A stretch of DNA of 18,093 bases from a virus (taxonomy: Duplodnaviria; Heunggongvirae; Uroviricota; Caudoviricetes): positions 1 through 18,093 of IMG/VR virus record IMGVR_UViG_2734482772_000007; one strand, written 5' to 3'. Of the stretch, positions 16,301 to 18,093 are shown piece after piece. Every line of letters begins with the position of its first letter. Within the stretch, counting starts at the first letter, position 1. The notes under the pieces were generated by a model. The model did no database searches. It was not told where the DNA came from and was given only the letters and a program-made list of their open reading frames with translations. The position numbers were made by a program, and so were the translations under genes.

Positions 16301-17423
16301 GTGAGTATTCAAAGTTTGCTTGATTATATTTCAGTGATCCCTGATATACGACAACAAGGAAAGGTTAAACATAAATTATCTGCTATTTTGTTTCTCACCG
16401 TATGTGCAGTAATTGCAGGTGCCGATGAGTGGCAGGAAATTGAAGATTTTGGACATGAAAGACTTGAATGGCTAAAGAAATATGGTGATTTTGATAATGG
16501 CATTCCGGTCGATGACACCATTGCACGCGTTGTGAGTAACATTGACAGTTTGGCCTTTGAAAAGATGTTTATTGAATGGATGCAGGAGTGCCATGAAATC
16601 ACTGATGGTGAAATTATAGCAATAGATGGAAAGACCATAAGAGGCTCCTTTGATAAGGGAAAAAGAAAAGGAGCAATCCATATGGTGAGTGCATTCTCGA
16701 ACGAAAATGGTGTTGTACTGGGGCAGGTGAAAACGGAAGCCAAAAGTAATGAGATTACAGCCATTCCAGAGTTGCTTAACCTACTGTATTTAAAGAAAAA
16801 TTTGATAACCATTGATGCTATGGGCTGTCAGAAAGATATCGCTTCGAAGATCAAAGATAAAAAAGCAGATTATCTTCTGGCAGTAAAAGGCAATCAGGGG
16901 AAATTACATCATGCATTCGAGGAAAAATTTCCTGTAAATGTGTTTTCTAATTATAAAGGCGATTCGTTTAGTACGCAGGAGATAAGTCATGGAAGAAAAG
17001 AAACACGTTTGCATATTGTCAGTAACGTAACGCCTGAACTTTTGTGATTTTGAATTCGAATGGAAGGGATTAAAAAAGCTTTGTGTAGCATTGTCATTCA
17101 GGCAGAAGAAAGAAGATAAATCAGCAGAAGGTGTAAGCATCCGATATTATATTTCATCAAAGGATATGGATGCTAAAGAATTTGCACATGCTATCAGAGC
17201 GCACTGGCTGATCGAGCACAGTCTTCATTGGGTGTTAGATGTAAAAATGAATGAAGATGCCAGCCGGATAAGAAGAGGAAACGCAGCCTAAATAATATCT
17301 GGAATAAAGAAGATGGCACTGAATTTATTAAGGGATTGCAAAGACATTAAGGGTGAAGAGGAAAAGAAAGAAGGCTGCGTTAAACACAGGGAAAGATCAT
17401 CAGAAGTTCACTTTTTGTACTAA
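16301..17423 (+). pseudogene. ISAs1-family (H-repeat) transposase, diverged copy, disrupted
   Basis: 16301-17047 encodes an N-terminal part colinear with the second copy ([41 protein letters not shown]). A frameshift at about 17045 moves into the frame encoding [18 protein letters not shown]...RYYISS...[14 protein letters not shown]...RRGNAA, an in-frame TAA sits at 17289-17291, and the tail continues to a stop at 17421-17423. Confidence 0.7.
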
Positions 17424-17529
17424 ATAATTCGCATTTTATGTTTAAAAATTGAGATATTCCTCATTACCTGAAGCTGTTTTTTATTGATTATACATGATCA
17501 AATACTCCTTACATAAATAAGGTGAACAA

Positions 17530-18093
17530 ATGGAACTTAAAAAATTGATGGAACATATTTCTATTATTCCCGATTACAGATAAGCCTGGAAAGTAGAGCA
17601 TAAATTGTCAGGCATCCTACTATTGACTATTTTTGCCGTTATTTCTGGTGCAGAAAGTTGGGAAGATATAGAGGATTTCGGGGAAACACATCTCGATTTC
17701 TTGAAGCAATATGGTGATTTTGAAAATGGTATTCCTGTTCACGATACTATTGCCAGAGTTGTATCCTGTATCAGTCCTGCAAAATTTCATGAGTGCTTTA
17801 TTAACTGGATGCGTGACTGCCATTCTTCAGATGATAAAGACGTCATCGCAATTGATGGAAAAACGCTCCGGCACTCTTATGACAAGAGTCGCCGCAGGGG
17901 AGCGATTCATGTCATTAGTGCGTTCTCAACAATGCACAGTCTGGTCATCGGACAGATCAGGACGGATGAGAAATCTAATGAGATTACAGCTATCCCAGAA
18001 CTTCTTAACATGCTGGATATTAAAGGAAAAATCATCACAACTGATGCGATGGGTTGCCAGAAAGATATTGCAGAGAAGATACAAAAACAGGGA
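17530..18093 (+). pseudogene. ISAs1-family (H-repeat) transposase, second copy, premature stop, 3' end outside window
   Basis: MELKKLMEHISIIPDYR then TAA at 17581-17583 where homologues have a sense codon, then AWKVEHKLS...[32 protein letters not shown]...[26 protein letters not shown]... in the same frame to the window end; AAGGTG SD upstream. Confidence 0.75.

Noticed and set aside
17620-17823. 67-aa - strand ORF inside the second H-repeat copy
   Set aside because: Antisense to the clearly recognisable ISAs1-family reading frame.
1-18093. CRISPR arrays, tRNA or rRNA genes
   Set aside because: No regularly spaced short direct repeats and no tRNA-like or rRNA-like structure noticed on reading either strand; a formal scan was not run.

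Overview
The window is the junction between a Mu-like transposable prophage (about 1-11406, genes mostly on the - strand, continuing past the window start) and an Rhs polymorphic-toxin locus (11407-18093, + strand). Prophage part: a CI-type HTH repressor (10445-11092, +) divergent from a Ner-like gene (10026-10262), a MuA-like DDE transposase (7984-10026), a MuB-like ATPase (7072-7965), a run of small early genes (DUF3164-like, ANR-like, DUF2786-like, Ea22-like, several unknowns, two signal-peptide proteins), a GemA-like gene (1237-1632) and a Mor/C-family activator (335-802). Rhs part: a full-length PAAR-Rhs protein (11407-15654) whose AT-rich C-terminal toxin domain I cannot assign to a family, an overlapping membrane-anchored immunity candidate (15638-16120), then two decayed ISAs1-family (H-repeat) transposase genes. 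The most interesting points are the prophage end lying within a few bp of the rhs start codon, and the unassigned toxin/immunity pair. No rRNA, tRNA or CRISPR array was seen. Everything is from reading translations and motifs by eye; no database search or folding was run, and family names are recalled from memory.
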